Numbered from the stretch's first letter, positions 8,388 to 19,138 are shown. The stretch is 60,129 bases of DNA from Hormoscilla sp. (GCA_051439505.1 JBFRWI010000111.1:1-60129); one strand, 5' to 3'. Numbers and translations are program-made. The notes: generated by a model from the letters alone, not told the origin.

Positions 8388-10391
8388 ATGTCGAATGCAA
8401 AATCAGTATCTAATGTCCTGTACGAACTACTCGAAGGTGCTGTGGAAGGACTCACCGAAAAACTCAGAGCAACTGCGGGGGTCTCGTTCGATCCAAACAA
8501 ACCAGCATCTAACGCCCCCACCCTACCCAAGAGTATCCAAGATGACCGCCGTTATCAACAAGCACTGGTAGCATATTGGCAGCTGCAAGCAGAGATCGAG
8601 CAACAGTTAAGCGCCAATAACATCGAAGCAGCAAACCTGCTGAAAGCACAAGAGTCCGAAGCCCGACAGCAACTGTCTCAACTGCGACGGGACCTGATCC
8701 GGGAGTCCCAACTACAGAAAATTGCTATTAAACTCCAGGAAATGCCAGTCATTTGGCAAGCAGACAACTGGTTTGCTAAATTAAGTCGCACCCAAACCGA
8801 GCAGATCTTGCAACAGGCCCAGCAACAACACCGCTTGCTGATCTTGCTTGCACCCCCATTCCTGAGTTCCGAATGCCCGGCATCCTTCCACAAGCACCTG
8901 CGAATTATCCTCAGCAATCAAGTTAACTCCTTCCTCGGTCAGCATTACCCCCATAGCTGCAAATTCCGCCCCGTTCATTTTTACGGCGACTATTTCCTAG
9001 ATCCGATCGCCCACGAAAACCTGCAAAAATTACCGAAGCTTTTGGATCCCGTCCCCACGGGGATTCTTTACAGCGACATTAATGATGATGAAGTGATTTT
9101 TAATCTGGGCTTTTGGGGAGTCCTCTCTGGGGATATCGCCCAGTTTACCCTGCCAGCTTGGAACTGGTCCGATGCCCTGCAAGCCCTCAGATCGGTTGGT
9201 TACTCTAAGAGGGACGCCCATTGCGCGATCGGGGAAATTATCATCACCGTTCACAAGCTGCTAGGGGCCTTTGTCGCCGACTGGTATTACCTGAATATCG
9301 ACCCCAACTACGAACCCCAGCTATTCGATATCTGCTCGGAATTTGACCGCGAAGAACAAAACTGGGCTCAACCCTACATTGCCACGCTGAAACAGATGCA
9401 GCAGGCACAACTGCCCGTCTACAAAAATCAGATGGCACAGTTAGCAGATGAAGCATTTGAAAAGCTGAAAGCCGATAACAACTGGCATGCTGTAGGCACC
9501 CTTACAAAGTCTAATCTCGACGTGGTTAATAGCTTGGCCATTAGCCCGGATAGCCAGAGTTTAATCTGTGCTAGTCGGGACCAGATTATCAGAATTGTGC
9601 GATGGACAAATGAGCAATTACTTCGCACCTTCGAGCATCCCTTACAAGTTATGTCCGTCGTTCTTGCCCCCGATAGCGAAACCGTCGTCAGTGGCAGTCG
9701 CGACGGCAGCATCAAAATTTGGGAACTGAAAAGCTGCAAATTGATCCGCACCCTCAAGGGACAGAAAGATTGGGTTTGCGCCTTGGCTATAACTCCCGAT
9801 GGCGAGACAATAGTTAGCGGCAAGCGCAAGAAAACTCTGGAAATTTGGCAATTCCATACCGGTAAATTAATTCGTTCCCTTAAGGGTCATTCCGGGCAGA
9901 TCAACTCTGTTGCCATCAGCCCCGACGGTCAAACCTTTATCAGCGGTGGTGATGACAAGAAGATCAAAGTTTGGGAACTGAATAAAGGCGAAGGCGAAGG
10001 CGAAGGTGAAGGCGAACCAATTTACAGCCTCGAAGGCCATACTGCCTCGGTGAATAGCCTCGCGATCGGCCCTGATGGACAAACAATTGTTAGTGGCAGT
10101 AGTGACAAAACAATCAAAGTTTGGGAACTGAGTACGGGCAAATTTATTCGCAGCTTATCAGGGCATTCTGGGGAAGTAAATTCGGTCATCATTAGTGCTG
10201 ACGGACAGACAATTATGAGTGGCAGTAGTGACAAAACAATCAATATCTGGGAACTGAATACAGGCAAATTTATTCGCAGTATTACGGCTCATTCCGATAA
10301 AATTATTACTCTCGCCATGAGTCCGTCGGGGGAGACAATAGTTAGCAGCAGTGGTGATAAAACTCTGAAAATTTGGCGGTGTAGTAGTTAG
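8388..10391 (+). CDS. WD40-repeat protein with uncharacterised N-terminal domain
   Basis: About seven GH...ISPDG...SGSSDKTIKVW repeats; N-terminal coiled coil; GEGEGEGE hexamer insertion near 9985-10015. Confidence 0.9.
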   Translation: MSNAKSVSNVLYELLEGAVEGLTEKLRATAGVSFDPNKPASNAPTLPKSIQDDRRYQQALVAYWQLQAEIEQQLSANNIEAANLLKAQESEARQQLSQLRRDLIRESQLQKIAIKLQEMPVIWQADNWFAKLSRTQTEQILQQAQQQHRLLILLAPPFLSSECPASFHKHLRIILSNQVNSFLGQHYPHSCKFRPVHFYGDYFLDPIAHENLQKLPKLLDPVPTGILYSDINDDEVIFNLGFWGVLSGDIAQFTLPAWNWSDALQALRSVGYSKRDAHCAIGEIIITVHKLLGAFVADWYYLNIDPNYEPQLFDICSEFDREEQNWAQPYIATLKQMQQAQLPVYKNQMAQLADEAFEKLKADNNWHAVGTLTKSNLDVVNSLAISPDSQSLICASRDQIIRIVRWTNEQLLRTFEHPLQVMSVVLAPDSETVVSGSRDGSIKIWELKSCKLIRTLKGQKDWVCALAITPDGETIVSGKRKKTLEIWQFHTGKLIRSLKGHSGQINSVAISPDGQTFISGGDDKKIKVWELNKGEGEGEGEGEPIYSLEGHTASVNSLAIGPDGQTIVSGSSDKTIKVWELSTGKFIRSLSGHSGEVNSVIISADGQTIMSGSSDKTINIWELNTGKFIRSITAHSDKIITLAMSPSGETIVSSSGDKTLKIWRCSS

Positions 10392-10450
10392 TCCTCAAAC
10401 CTCGGACAGGCCGATCGCAAGGGGTGCATCTCGCCAAAAATATTAATGTC

Positions 10451-10542
10451 GTAGGTTGGGTTGACCAACGTTACCCAACCCGCGAGATGTTGTTAGCGTA
10501 GCGAAGCCTGTGTTGCGCTTGTTGGGTTTCAGTCAACCCAAC
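10451..10542. repeat. REP-like inverted pair (GTAGGTTGGG...CCCAAC) containing a micro-element
   Basis: Same family as the tandem units at 39673-39764; a GTTAGCGTAGCG insert starts at 10492. Confidence 0.7.
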
Positions 10543-10592
10543 AAAGACGTTACGCCGGACAAATCTTGCTGGACTCCGAGATCGACTATGCC

Positions 10593-11465
10593 CTAGTTTG
10601 TTTTCATCCACTCGATGCATTGCTGCAGATGCTGTTGCATGGTCTCAGGATCGGCATGATAGCGGCGTCCGTGACCGGGCAATACCCATTCAAATGAGTA
10701 ATTAGTTAACTGGCCCATTGACTTAATTAATTCCGACCAAGAGTACCAGCAAGCATTTCTAAAACCAATCAGTTGGTTTAACCTCCCAGACCAGGCCAGG
10801 TGGTCCCCTGTAAACAGGAATTTATGCTTGTATAATAGCACGGTGTGACCTTTTGTGTGACCGGGAACTGGGATAATTAATAGGTCATCCGCTAGCTGAA
10901 ATGGTTCCGTGCCACTCAACTGCATTTCCACATCGCGAGTCCCGGCATAAATTTCGTCTTGGTGCAGGATGCGATCGCACCCAAAATGCTGCCGATACTT
11001 CTGATGATCTGCCACATCATCTTGATGGGTGAGATACATGTATTTTATCGGGCCCAGGGACTGCAAGCGCTGGACCAGGGGCGGGGCCCAGCGGGGAGAA
11101 TCTACCAAAACATTACCATCTGGGCGGACAATCAAATAGCTGGCAGCACCAAAGGAATTTTCTGCATGGTAACCGCAATGATAAACATTTTCCGTTACTA
11201 AGATAGGAAAAGTCAACTGGGCATCTTTGACATCTTTGGGCTTTTCTACGGTGCCGATGGAAGCGGTGGGACAAGCTAACAGGGCCTGCATGGCGTTTAA
11301 CCGTTCCGTCTCATCAGCGGGTTGATGATAAACCGCCGACTGTTCCCCAGCGCGATGAAAGACAACTGGAGCCATCCATCGGCAAGTATCGCAGTCGATG
11401 CAGCTGCTATCCACGTAAAAATCGCCGTTTACGTTTTGCGCGCGTCGTTTGTTTAGTTTAGCCAT
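10593..11465 (-). CDS. Ferredoxin-metallo-beta-lactamase fold fusion protein
   Basis: N-terminal CIDCDTC...CP Fe-S motif; LTHQDDVAD, PGHTKG, FTGDH and LPGHG MBL motifs. Confidence 0.9.
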   Translation of the reverse strand: MAKLNKRRAQNVNGDFYVDSSCIDCDTCRWMAPVVFHRAGEQSAVYHQPADETERLNAMQALLACPTASIGTVEKPKDVKDAQLTFPILVTENVYHCGYHAENSFGAASYLIVRPDGNVLVDSPRWAPPLVQRLQSLGPIKYMYLTHQDDVADHQKYRQHFGCDRILHQDEIYAGTRDVEMQLSGTEPFQLADDLLIIPVPGHTKGHTVLLYKHKFLFTGDHLAWSGRLNQLIGFRNACWYSWSELIKSMGQLTNYSFEWVLPGHGRRYHADPETMQQHLQQCIEWMKTN

Positions 11466-12417
11466 CGGTACAAATATTCTCGCCTAATTCTTGATACAAG
11501 GGCGTGCTGAGATAGCGTTCGCCGCCACTCGGTTGAATGACTACAATTAGCCGATCGCGATATTCCGGGCGTTTCCCCACCTCCAAGGCCCCATAGATAG
11601 CAGCACCTGTGGAAATACCACTGATTATCCCCTCTTGGCGGGCGAGAGATCGTCCGATCGCGTAAGCTTGCTCTTCTGTCACCACGATAATTTCATCAAT
11701 CAGATCCTCTCGCAACACGTCGGGAATGAAACCAGCACCTATTCCTTGCAAATTATGCACTTGGGCGGGTTTGCCACTCAATACGGCACTGGCAGCGGGT
11801 TCGATCGCCACAATTTTTATCCTCGAATTCCGGCGTTTGAGATAGCGACCCGCCCCCGTCAGGGTACCGCCCGTTCCCACTCCTAACACCAAAACATCAA
11901 TTTGTCCATCTGTATCTTCCCAGATTTCGGGACCTGTAGTTTCATAATGAATTTTCGGGTTAGCGGGGTTGCTGAACTGTTGGGGAGAAAAGCTGTTGGG
12001 GATGCTAGCGAGGAGTTCGTTGGCGCGGGAAATAGCACCTGGCATATCTGCTTGGGCGGGAGTTGTGACAATCTCGGCACCATAAGCTTTGACAATTTGT
12101 TGACGTTCCCGACTCATATTCTCCGGCATCGTCAGGATTAAGCGATAATTTTTGGCAGCACATACCATTGCCAAACCGATGCCCGTGTTACCAGAAGTTG
12201 CCTCAATAATGGTGGAGACTCCCGGTGTAATTAAACCTTGTTTTTCCGCCGCTGTTATCATGCTGATGGCGATGCGGTCCTTCACCGATTTCGCGGGATT
12301 CATGCTTTCCAATTTGAGCACGATTTTGGCCGCGCACCCGGAGCTTTTGGGCAGGTTTTGCATCTGCACTAGGGGCGTGCGACCGATGGTTTCTGTAATG
12401 TTGTGGTAAATTGACAT
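11458..12417 (-). CDS. cysK: Cysteine synthase A
   Basis: PLP lysine motif SVKDRIA, EATSGNTG, GVGTGGT, QGIG and GERYLST; its 3' end overlaps the MBL gene start. Confidence 0.95.
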   Translation of the reverse strand: MSIYHNITETIGRTPLVQMQNLPKSSGCAAKIVLKLESMNPAKSVKDRIAISMITAAEKQGLITPGVSTIIEATSGNTGIGLAMVCAAKNYRLILTMPENMSRERQQIVKAYGAEIVTTPAQADMPGAISRANELLASIPNSFSPQQFSNPANPKIHYETTGPEIWEDTDGQIDVLVLGVGTGGTLTGAGRYLKRRNSRIKIVAIEPAASAVLSGKPAQVHNLQGIGAGFIPDVLREDLIDEIIVVTEEQAYAIGRSLARQEGIISGISTGAAIYGALEVGKRPEYRDRLIVVIQPSGGERYLSTPLYQELGENICTDG

Positions 12418-12470
12418 GGGATCTATGCTAATATCCGATCGAGCTACAACTATAACATCGAGTATAAGTT

Positions 12471-12537
12471 AGAAACCGGGTTTCTCGTGCCGCTATCGAC
12501 GAGAGATCAATGCTTTTACAGCAGAAACCCGGTTTCT
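12471..12537. repeat. Inverted repeat family D (AGAAACCGGGTTTCT...AGAAACCCGGTTTCT)
   Basis: Paired palindromes; similar pairs at ~17517-17580 and ~22635-22667. Confidence 0.8.
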
Positions 12538-12579
12538 TGACCCACGCTCTAGACCTCGTTCCAACTGGAGGTATTCTCT

Positions 12580-13029
12580 ATGAACGCTAAAACTATTTTA
12601 CCACCTGTCTGGTTTTTATTGGCGATTTTTGTCATGATTGGTCTTCACCGCTTGTGGCCCTTTGCACCGGTAATTTCCCCTCCTTTTACCTATTTCGGGA
12701 TAGGAGTCATGGTTGTGGGATTGCTTTTCAATCTTTCGGGCGCCTATTTATTTCGCCAAAATAACACGACCATCAAACCTTTTGAGGAGTCCAGTCAGCT
12801 AATCACCGCCGGGCTATATAATTACAGTCGTAATCCCATCTATTTAGGGATGGTCGTCATCTTAATTGGTTTGGGGATTCTTTTGGGAACTCTGCCGCCC
12901 CTAATCGTCATCCTAGCCTTTTTGGGGTTGATTCAAGAAAAGTTCATCAAGATTGAAGAACAGATGCTGACCGAAAAATTTGGTCAGCAATATTTGACCT
13001 ATCAAGAGAGAGTCCGGCGTTGGATTTGA
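12580..13029 (+). CDS. Isoprenylcysteine carboxyl methyltransferase (ICMT/PEMT) family membrane protein
   Basis: LITAGLYNYSRNPIYLG and EEQML..KFGQQY..Y...VRRWI motifs; TM helices; GGAGG RBS. Confidence 0.9.
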   Translation: MNAKTILPPVWFLLAIFVMIGLHRLWPFAPVISPPFTYFGIGVMVVGLLFNLSGAYLFRQNNTTIKPFEESSQLITAGLYNYSRNPIYLGMVVILIGLGILLGTLPPLIVILAFLGLIQEKFIKIEEQMLTEKFGQQYLTYQERVRRWI

Positions 13030-13035
13030 TCTTGA

Positions 13036-13482
13036 AAATTGTCGGAAATGTAGTCGGAAATGTAGTTGGTGGGCGGTGCCCCAATACTTCTCGGTTAACA
13101 ATTGTCATTGCGAGGGGGGCCCAAGCTGACATGTTAGGATCGCCGCTGGGATCTTCGGACCCCGTTAGCGTAGCGGCCCGACGCAGGAGGGCCTTCTATC
13201 TCCCTGACAACTAGGGCGGAGATTGCTTCGGGGGGGGGTTGACTCAATTTCCCATAAGTTGATAGCTACGTACCCCCCCCCCTCGCAATGACATCCTATA
13301 TCCTTAACCGAGAAGTATTGGGCGGTGCCCACCCTACAACATCAAGTTAGTCGGAGATGTAGTTGGTGGGCGGTGCCCACCCTACTACAACATCAAGTCG
13401 GAGATGTAGTTGGTGGGCGGTGCCCACCCTACAACATCAAGTCGGAGATGTAGTTGGTGGGCGGTGCCCACCCTACAACATC
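13036..13482. repeat. Tandem array of REP-like units (GGTGGGCGGTGCCCACCCTAC), interrupted by a MITE
   Basis: Four units with near-identical linkers (AACATCAAGTCGGAGATGTAGTT); the first unit is split by the MITE at 13082-13320. Confidence 0.9.
13082..13320. mobile_element. MITE with CAATACTT...AAGTATTG termini, copy 2
   Basis: TIR CAATACTTCTCGGTTAA / TTAACCGAGAAGTATTG; 10-bp TSD GGCGGTGCCC (13072-13081 and 13321-13330). Confidence 0.92.
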
Positions 13483-16151
13483 AATTGGAAAAATAAGATG
13501 GTAAACCCACCCATCAAGGCAATATGGGGCAGGTTACGGCTCCAGGGGCGCTTGCTGATTTTTAATAGGGGATAGATGCCCAAGATCGGGATCGATATCA
13601 GGGTGACTCCTTGTAGAAATGCGGCCACATCCATACTCCAAGTCAGGGTGGGCAAACCGACACCGCTATAACCAAAGGTGCGGGCAAGTACCGGGAGCAT
13701 CTGACCCGCTTCGGTAATGGCCGAGGGAATGTAATAGGCTAAGTTCGCGGCTAGGGTTATGGGCAAGTAGGCGTATACGATCGTGAGATAATCGGGCATT
13801 TCTTTGTCTAGCATCCGGGCGATCGCGTGAACGGCGTAGGTAGCGACAAAGGGAATACTCAACAGCAGGGTCACTAGGGGCAAAGCAGTCAGCAGATGTT
13901 GGGAATCCAGACTCATTTCTCCCAGTCCCAACCATGCTAAAATGCGGTGGGAGTAATGCATGAAAACGCCGCCGAATAGCAGCATCATCAAAGCAACTTC
14001 TGCCCAGAAACCCTGATGTGCTTCCAAGATGTCAGCAGCAGGAAAGCGCAAATTTAGCTGTGGAGAACGATTGGGACATGCTTTCAAGCAAGTCATGCAC
14101 AGGACGCAATCTCGGTTATCTTTTAACTGGGCGGGGTGAGAGTAAAGCGGACAACCATCTGTTGCTTGCCCTTCCGTCGGCAGAGGATTGGCAAAATTGA
14201 CTGGCGTGGCGTCGCCCCCTTTGTAACAGCCAAAACTGCTACATTGGGAACCGCAAATTTGTTGGGTCGATCGCAATTCTACCACGGACAGCTTCGCAAA
14301 CATACCATTCATGCCGCCGATGGGACAGAGATAGCGACACCAGACACGCCGTTCGTAAACTAAACTGCCAATTACGGCCCCGGCGGCAATAATTACTAAT
14401 AACCAGGATGACAGGTAGGGAGTATGGGGTAAATCCCACAGTTTTTCCCACAAATAAATTGCCACGAAACCCGCAAATAGTAGCCAAGCGCCCCATCTAT
14501 TCAGCCATTTGGTCGGCCAAGGTAACAATTCTCGCGGCCAAATCCACAGGGAGATTTTTCTCAGCCATTCTCCGGTAATCATAAAGGGACAAATGCTGCA
14601 CCAGAGGCGACCGGCAAGGGGGAAAAGTAACAGGTAAAACGGCCACCACCAGGCCCAGAATAGGTTAATGGTGATGCTGGATTCTCGGGTTTGCGGACCG
14701 ATGTAACCCATGACCGTGACGGGGATAAAAATTGCCATCACGATTATCCAGAAGCGATCGGGCCACCATTTGCTCAACAGAAACTTGCGCAACCAGGGCA
14801 TTTGGTTGAGTAAATCAACTCTAAAGGCATTTTTCCGAGATCCTACCGACCACAATACTTGTTCGGGAATGGTGGTTTGTTCTAGGGGCGTCATGACGAC
14901 GGCCCGTTTGAGAATGCTTTCCAATTCTGCTAGATTAGCAGGATATTCGTAACCGATCAAGCGGCGCAGGTTGGCTTGGTTTAATTCTAACCGATCTCGC
15001 CCGCGATCGCGGCAGGCTTTAGCGATCGAGTAGCGGGCGAATTCAGGGATATCTTGCTTGCGTTGGGGGAGAGTAAAGAGTTTGATTTGATGGGCTTCGT
15101 TCAGAGGAATTTTGCCGGGACTCGCTAAGATTAAGCGCACCCAAAGTTGCTCGATCGCCCCTTCGCTGCCAACTTGCAAGTTGCCAGTTTTCAGGTAATG
15201 GAACAGGCGATCGCGATCGGGCTTACTCAGTAGATGCACGTTATCGATGGCCAGGGTGCCTCTTTCCAGCAGTTCGATGGCGCCCAGTCGCTCGTTTTCT
15301 TTACCAAAAATTGCCTCGGCATTCACCAGGCCAGCTTCGTCGCGGGGCAGTTGGGCGCAGTCAATTTCAGCAAAGGGGCGATTTTTCAACCCTGAAAGTG
15401 AATGAATTAACCCGGCGAGAAAGGTTTTGCCAGTGCCAGCGGCAGCTTGAAACACCACCGGTTTCAAATCCCCGGCAGCAGCGTTAATTTGCTGGGCAAT
15501 TTTTTTAGCGGCTTTGCTGTTACCGATAATTGATTCGCCCACGGGCACGGGTCTAATGTAGGGTTGTAGCCCTTGAATTCTTGCTTGTTCCTTGGCCAGG
15601 CGCTGGGCAAAATGGCCTAAGTCTTGTGCCAGCAGACTATTGATAGCTTTCTGAATTTCGGGATAGGTGCTGGCAAGTTCGTCCCAGTCTTCTCGCCCCA
15701 GAAACCAAATTTCACTTTGAGTGAGGGTGCGAGCGCTAGCGTTATAGGTAGGGGGGCCCCGATCGGCTACCAAGGACAGGTATCCGAACAGTTCCCCGGC
15801 GTTGCGGTAGGCGATGTGAGTTTTGCCCACCAGGGAGTGGCGATAAATTTCCACCGAACCCCATTTGAGCAGGTACAAACCGACAGCAGACTGTTCTTGG
15901 CGATAGATTTCCGTTTCCAAAGGGATTTTCAGCAGTTGCAGGGAACGGGCGATCGCCTCAATGGCATCATCGCTCAACTGTCCCCATATCCTATGGAAGC
16001 TCAACCAGTCAACGCATTCTAAAATCTGCTCTTCACTGGTGGTATTGTCCCCAGGCACCAGCAGCTGTTTGCTGCTGATTTCATCTCGATCTGTGGTGGT
16101 TGGCATGGCATTCATGCTTCCTTTATACTGATTTACATCTTCTCTTATCAT
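13473..16151 (-). CDS. cNMP-binding / sigma54-activator-like AAA / membrane 4Fe-4S fusion protein
   Basis: cNMP domain (GELFG...YNASA), Walker A AAAGTGKT, YPANLAEL, TM helices with WCSICP and WCRYLCP, and CVLCMTCLKACP. Start codon uncertain. Confidence 0.85.
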   Translation of the reverse strand: MIREDVNQYKGSMNAMPTTTDRDEISSKQLLVPGDNTTSEEQILECVDWLSFHRIWGQLSDDAIEAIARSLQLLKIPLETEIYRQEQSAVGLYLLKWGSVEIYRHSLVGKTHIAYRNAGELFGYLSLVADRGPPTYNASARTLTQSEIWFLGREDWDELASTYPEIQKAINSLLAQDLGHFAQRLAKEQARIQGLQPYIRPVPVGESIIGNSKAAKKIAQQINAAAGDLKPVVFQAAAGTGKTFLAGLIHSLSGLKNRPFAEIDCAQLPRDEAGLVNAEAIFGKENERLGAIELLERGTLAIDNVHLLSKPDRDRLFHYLKTGNLQVGSEGAIEQLWVRLILASPGKIPLNEAHQIKLFTLPQRKQDIPEFARYSIAKACRDRGRDRLELNQANLRRLIGYEYPANLAELESILKRAVVMTPLEQTTIPEQVLWSVGSRKNAFRVDLLNQMPWLRKFLLSKWWPDRFWIIVMAIFIPVTVMGYIGPQTRESSITINLFWAWWWPFYLLLFPLAGRLWCSICPFMITGEWLRKISLWIWPRELLPWPTKWLNRWGAWLLFAGFVAIYLWEKLWDLPHTPYLSSWLLVIIAAGAVIGSLVYERRVWCRYLCPIGGMNGMFAKLSVVELRSTQQICGSQCSSFGCYKGGDATPVNFANPLPTEGQATDGCPLYSHPAQLKDNRDCVLCMTCLKACPNRSPQLNLRFPAADILEAHQGFWAEVALMMLLFGGVFMHYSHRILAWLGLGEMSLDSQHLLTALPLVTLLLSIPFVATYAVHAIARMLDKEMPDYLTIVYAYLPITLAANLAYYIPSAITEAGQMLPVLARTFGYSGVGLPTLTWSMDVAAFLQGVTLISIPILGIYPLLKISKRPWSRNLPHIALMGGFTILFFQLML

Positions 16152-16355
16152 ACCGTGGAGGATGATGCTGACTTAGTGACCGTCTCTTTAGGTAAGTATT
16201 TTAACATAAATATCAGTTGCATTAGTAGGGTGGGCGCCGCCCACCCCGAAGCGGGTGTGGCCAACAACAACCAACTGGTGCATTTCCGCACACTCCATCG
16301 GAATTGATCGCACTTGGTATATAATAGCTAGTTAAAAACAATCATCAACGTAAAT

Positions 16356-16961
16356 ATGCGAGACTCTCAACCCTATCAGCCTCTCATGCTGCGGCTGCTT
16401 CACGGTGTTAATGCCCTCTTGGTTATCGGGGCCCTGCTCACGGGATTGTTGGTTTATGATAGTTGGGATGGCAGGTTCGGCAGTTTGGGACTGTCCCGCA
16501 ATAACCGGGAATTGATTGATATCCACGGCACCTTTGGCTTTTTCTTGTTGTTTGTATTTATCGCCTTTGCTATCTATAGCATCCGCCTAGGGAGAAAACG
16601 CTTGTTCCCCGGGAATGCCAGGACAAAACTCAAGCAACTGGGCCAACCGAGCTGGTGGTGGACTCTGCACCAGCTAGCTAATACTCTGATGCTTATTGCT
16701 GTCAGCTTGTCGGTAGTTTCTGGCAAGTTGCAAAACGAAAATTGGTTGCCAAAGGGGGAATTAAATCACCCGGCTTACTTCGCACATCTATGGGCTTGGC
16801 TAATATTAACCATTGCCCTGGGCTTGCACTTGCTAATGAGTCTGAAAGCGGGAGGTTTGGTCCTGTGGCAGTCTATGATAAATGTGAAATATCGTCCGTC
16901 GGAGGATCCGCGTCAATGGCCAAGAAAACTGCGCTCCTGGTTACGTCATCCCCACTGGTAG
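16356..16961 (+). CDS. Cytochrome b/b6-domain membrane protein
   Basis: LRLLHG, IDIHG and AHL...HL histidines in four TM helices. Confidence 0.85.
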   Translation: MRDSQPYQPLMLRLLHGVNALLVIGALLTGLLVYDSWDGRFGSLGLSRNNRELIDIHGTFGFFLLFVFIAFAIYSIRLGRKRLFPGNARTKLKQLGQPSWWWTLHQLANTLMLIAVSLSVVSGKLQNENWLPKGELNHPAYFAHLWAWLILTIALGLHLLMSLKAGGLVLWQSMINVKYRPSEDPRQWPRKLRSWLRHPHW

Positions 16962-17119
16962 TTCGTTGGAAAAAACGAGCATTGACAATATATGTAATTT
17001 AGCCCGCGCAGGCGGGCTTTGTTCATGTAGCCGGACCCTTTAGGGTTCGGGCGACTCCATTGGCAATGGCAAACATCCGTTATCATTGTCTAGTTATTAT
17101 ATCTTCTAGGAGGGCAAAA

Positions 17120-17482
17120 ATGCCAGAACTGATCGAAAAACCCACTCCCATCGAACCACCGGGGAATAAACCAAAATTGATTGACGAGTATGTGGGTCGC
17201 GTTAACAGTCAAACGGAAGCTGTTAGCATCGCTCATGTCCGATCGTCCAGTGGCCGGATGGATCCCGGCGCTCGCTCGCAGTTCGATGAATTCATTCTGG
17301 TCCTCAAGGGTATGCTGCGGGTGGAGTATGAAGGAGGTTATCTCGATGTTAACGCGGGACAAGCCGTTAGTGCAAAGAAGGGGGAGTGGGTGCGCTACAG
17401 CACGCCGTCCGCGGAAGGTGCTGAATATGTTGCAGTTTGTCTGCCCGCTTTTTCACCCGACATCGTACATCTAGATTCCTAG
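17120..17482 (+). CDS. Cupin domain protein
   Basis: GNKPKLIDEYVGRVNS, FDE..LVLKG and GEWVRYSTP...GAEYVAVCLPAFSP; AGGAGG RBS. Confidence 0.9.
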   Translation: MPELIEKPTPIEPPGNKPKLIDEYVGRVNSQTEAVSIAHVRSSSGRMDPGARSQFDEFILVLKGMLRVEYEGGYLDVNAGQAVSAKKGEWVRYSTPSAEGAEYVAVCLPAFSPDIVHLDS

Positions 17483-17644
17483 TGTCACGTACCCGGCCCA
17501 CCATTTATCCGTAATTGAAACCGGGTTTATGTTCCCCTTGTCAAGCAGATCTAGACCTGATAGTAACAGAAACCCGGTTCCCTGCGATCGAATTGCGAAT
17601 CTGTGCTGAGAAAAGTTTACCGGAAGCAAAAGGAGATAGAGTTA

Positions 17645-18316
17645 ATGGCGAAATACTTGAGAAACATCAATGGTCGCGAACAGCAGATCGTCAGCATTCA
17701 TATTCCCAAGACAGCAGGTACTAGCATTGCTAAGGGATTGACTGATAATGGTTTTGTTCAGACTCCACTGGTGAAAACATACTCTGTACGCAACATTCAG
17801 CGTAGGCTAAAAGGAATAGCAAAACCCGGAAAACATGCCAAAGCTCTAGATGTGAGAGCGGCAGTTGGAGAAAAAATTTGGGAAGAGTGTTTCACTTTTG
17901 CTTTTGTGAGAAATCCCTGGGATCTAATGGTGTCAAGCTACAATTGGTGGCTTCAGAAGGGTGGCAAATGGGAAATATTTCGCGAACAAGTTGAAGATAT
18001 TCGCAGTTTGCAAAGTTTCTCAGCTTTCATCAGGTCTCAGTACGGAAGTCAGATGTTAAACGAGCATTATGGTTCTTTTGTTAATTGGATTTGCGATCGC
18101 GATCACAATATAATTGTTAATTTTGTGGGTAAGGTGGAAAACCTGGATAATGACTGGGCGGAAATTTGTAACCGCTTGGGGTTGGAAAATAAAACTTTGC
18201 CTCATGCTAACAAAACCAGGCGTTCTGCTTATCAGGACTACTACGACGAGGAGTCGCGACTGCTGATTGAGCGCCGCTTTGAATGGTCCATACAGCAATT
18301 TGGATACAGCTTCTGA
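17645..18316 (+). CDS. Sulfotransferase family 2 protein
   Basis: PAPS-binding motifs HIPKTAGTS and FAFVRNPWD..VS. Confidence 0.9.
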   Translation: MAKYLRNINGREQQIVSIHIPKTAGTSIAKGLTDNGFVQTPLVKTYSVRNIQRRLKGIAKPGKHAKALDVRAAVGEKIWEECFTFAFVRNPWDLMVSSYNWWLQKGGKWEIFREQVEDIRSLQSFSAFIRSQYGSQMLNEHYGSFVNWICDRDHNIIVNFVGKVENLDNDWAEICNRLGLENKTLPHANKTRRSAYQDYYDEESRLLIERRFEWSIQQFGYSF

Positions 18317-18351
18317 GCGATCGCCCGGTTGTTCGACCGCACCAGGACAGC

Positions 18352-19032
18352 TTAGATAGATGAGTCAATGCCGACAAAAGATTCCAATAGTTGCCATAGT
18401 TTGGGGGCGGTAAAGTCCCCGATCGCCATTTTTGCTCCCACTGCTAAAAGCACATTGGGGTCGTGGGTAGAGGTAATGCCAATGCTATAGATCCCTGCTG
18501 CCACAGCGGCAGTCATGCCGGAAGGGGAGTCTTCAAAGGCGATCGCATCTTGTGGGGAAACTCCCAACTGACTGAGGGCCCGCTGATAGGGTGCTGGATC
18601 TGGTTTAGCTGCGATCGCCTCATCTCCCAGGACAACTGTATCAAAGGTATCTGTTAATTCTAGCACCTCTAACATGAACTTAGCATTGGCACGGGGAGCA
18701 TTAGTGACCACAGCAGTTGGCAACTTACGAGTATCGATCCAGGATAACAGATCCGGCAGTCCTGCTAGGGGTTTAAGACTCAAACTTAAAGCTAATTCCC
18801 GAAACCGAGATTCTTTGTCAGAGGCAAGTTTCTCTCCTGCTGTTTTTGATAGCTGGGGGAGGATATCCTCCACTATAGCTGAATTTTGCTTGCCGCTGAT
18901 GTGACGTCTGTAGAAGGTTTTGTCCATTTCCATGCCATAGTTTTTGAGGATATCCTGCCAAACCTGGTAATGGAGATGGTCGGTGTTAACTATTGTGCCA
19001 TCCAGGTCAAGTAAAATTGCTTTCAGCATCAT
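18352..19032 (-). CDS. HAD-IA family hydrolase (beta-PGM/CbbY-like)
   Basis: DLDGT, VTN, KPDP and FEDS motifs. Confidence 0.92.
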   Translation of the reverse strand: MMLKAILLDLDGTIVNTDHLHYQVWQDILKNYGMEMDKTFYRRHISGKQNSAIVEDILPQLSKTAGEKLASDKESRFRELALSLSLKPLAGLPDLLSWIDTRKLPTAVVTNAPRANAKFMLEVLELTDTFDTVVLGDEAIAAKPDPAPYQRALSQLGVSPQDAIAFEDSPSGMTAAVAAGIYSIGITSTHDPNVLLAVGAKMAIGDFTAPKLWQLLESFVGIDSSI

Positions 19033-19138
19033 CTGCTAGGAGTAGGGTGGGCATTTCCCACCTTACCACAATTTCAGCCGCAGGGACTGACTGAAGCAAA
19101 CTTCTGAAAATAGCGATCGCCCCTGCCAGATCTGCCGT

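Noticed and set aside
13036..13482. Possible CRISPR array
   Set aside because: Linkers are the same sequence repeated, and the unit is the dispersed GTAG-type REP.
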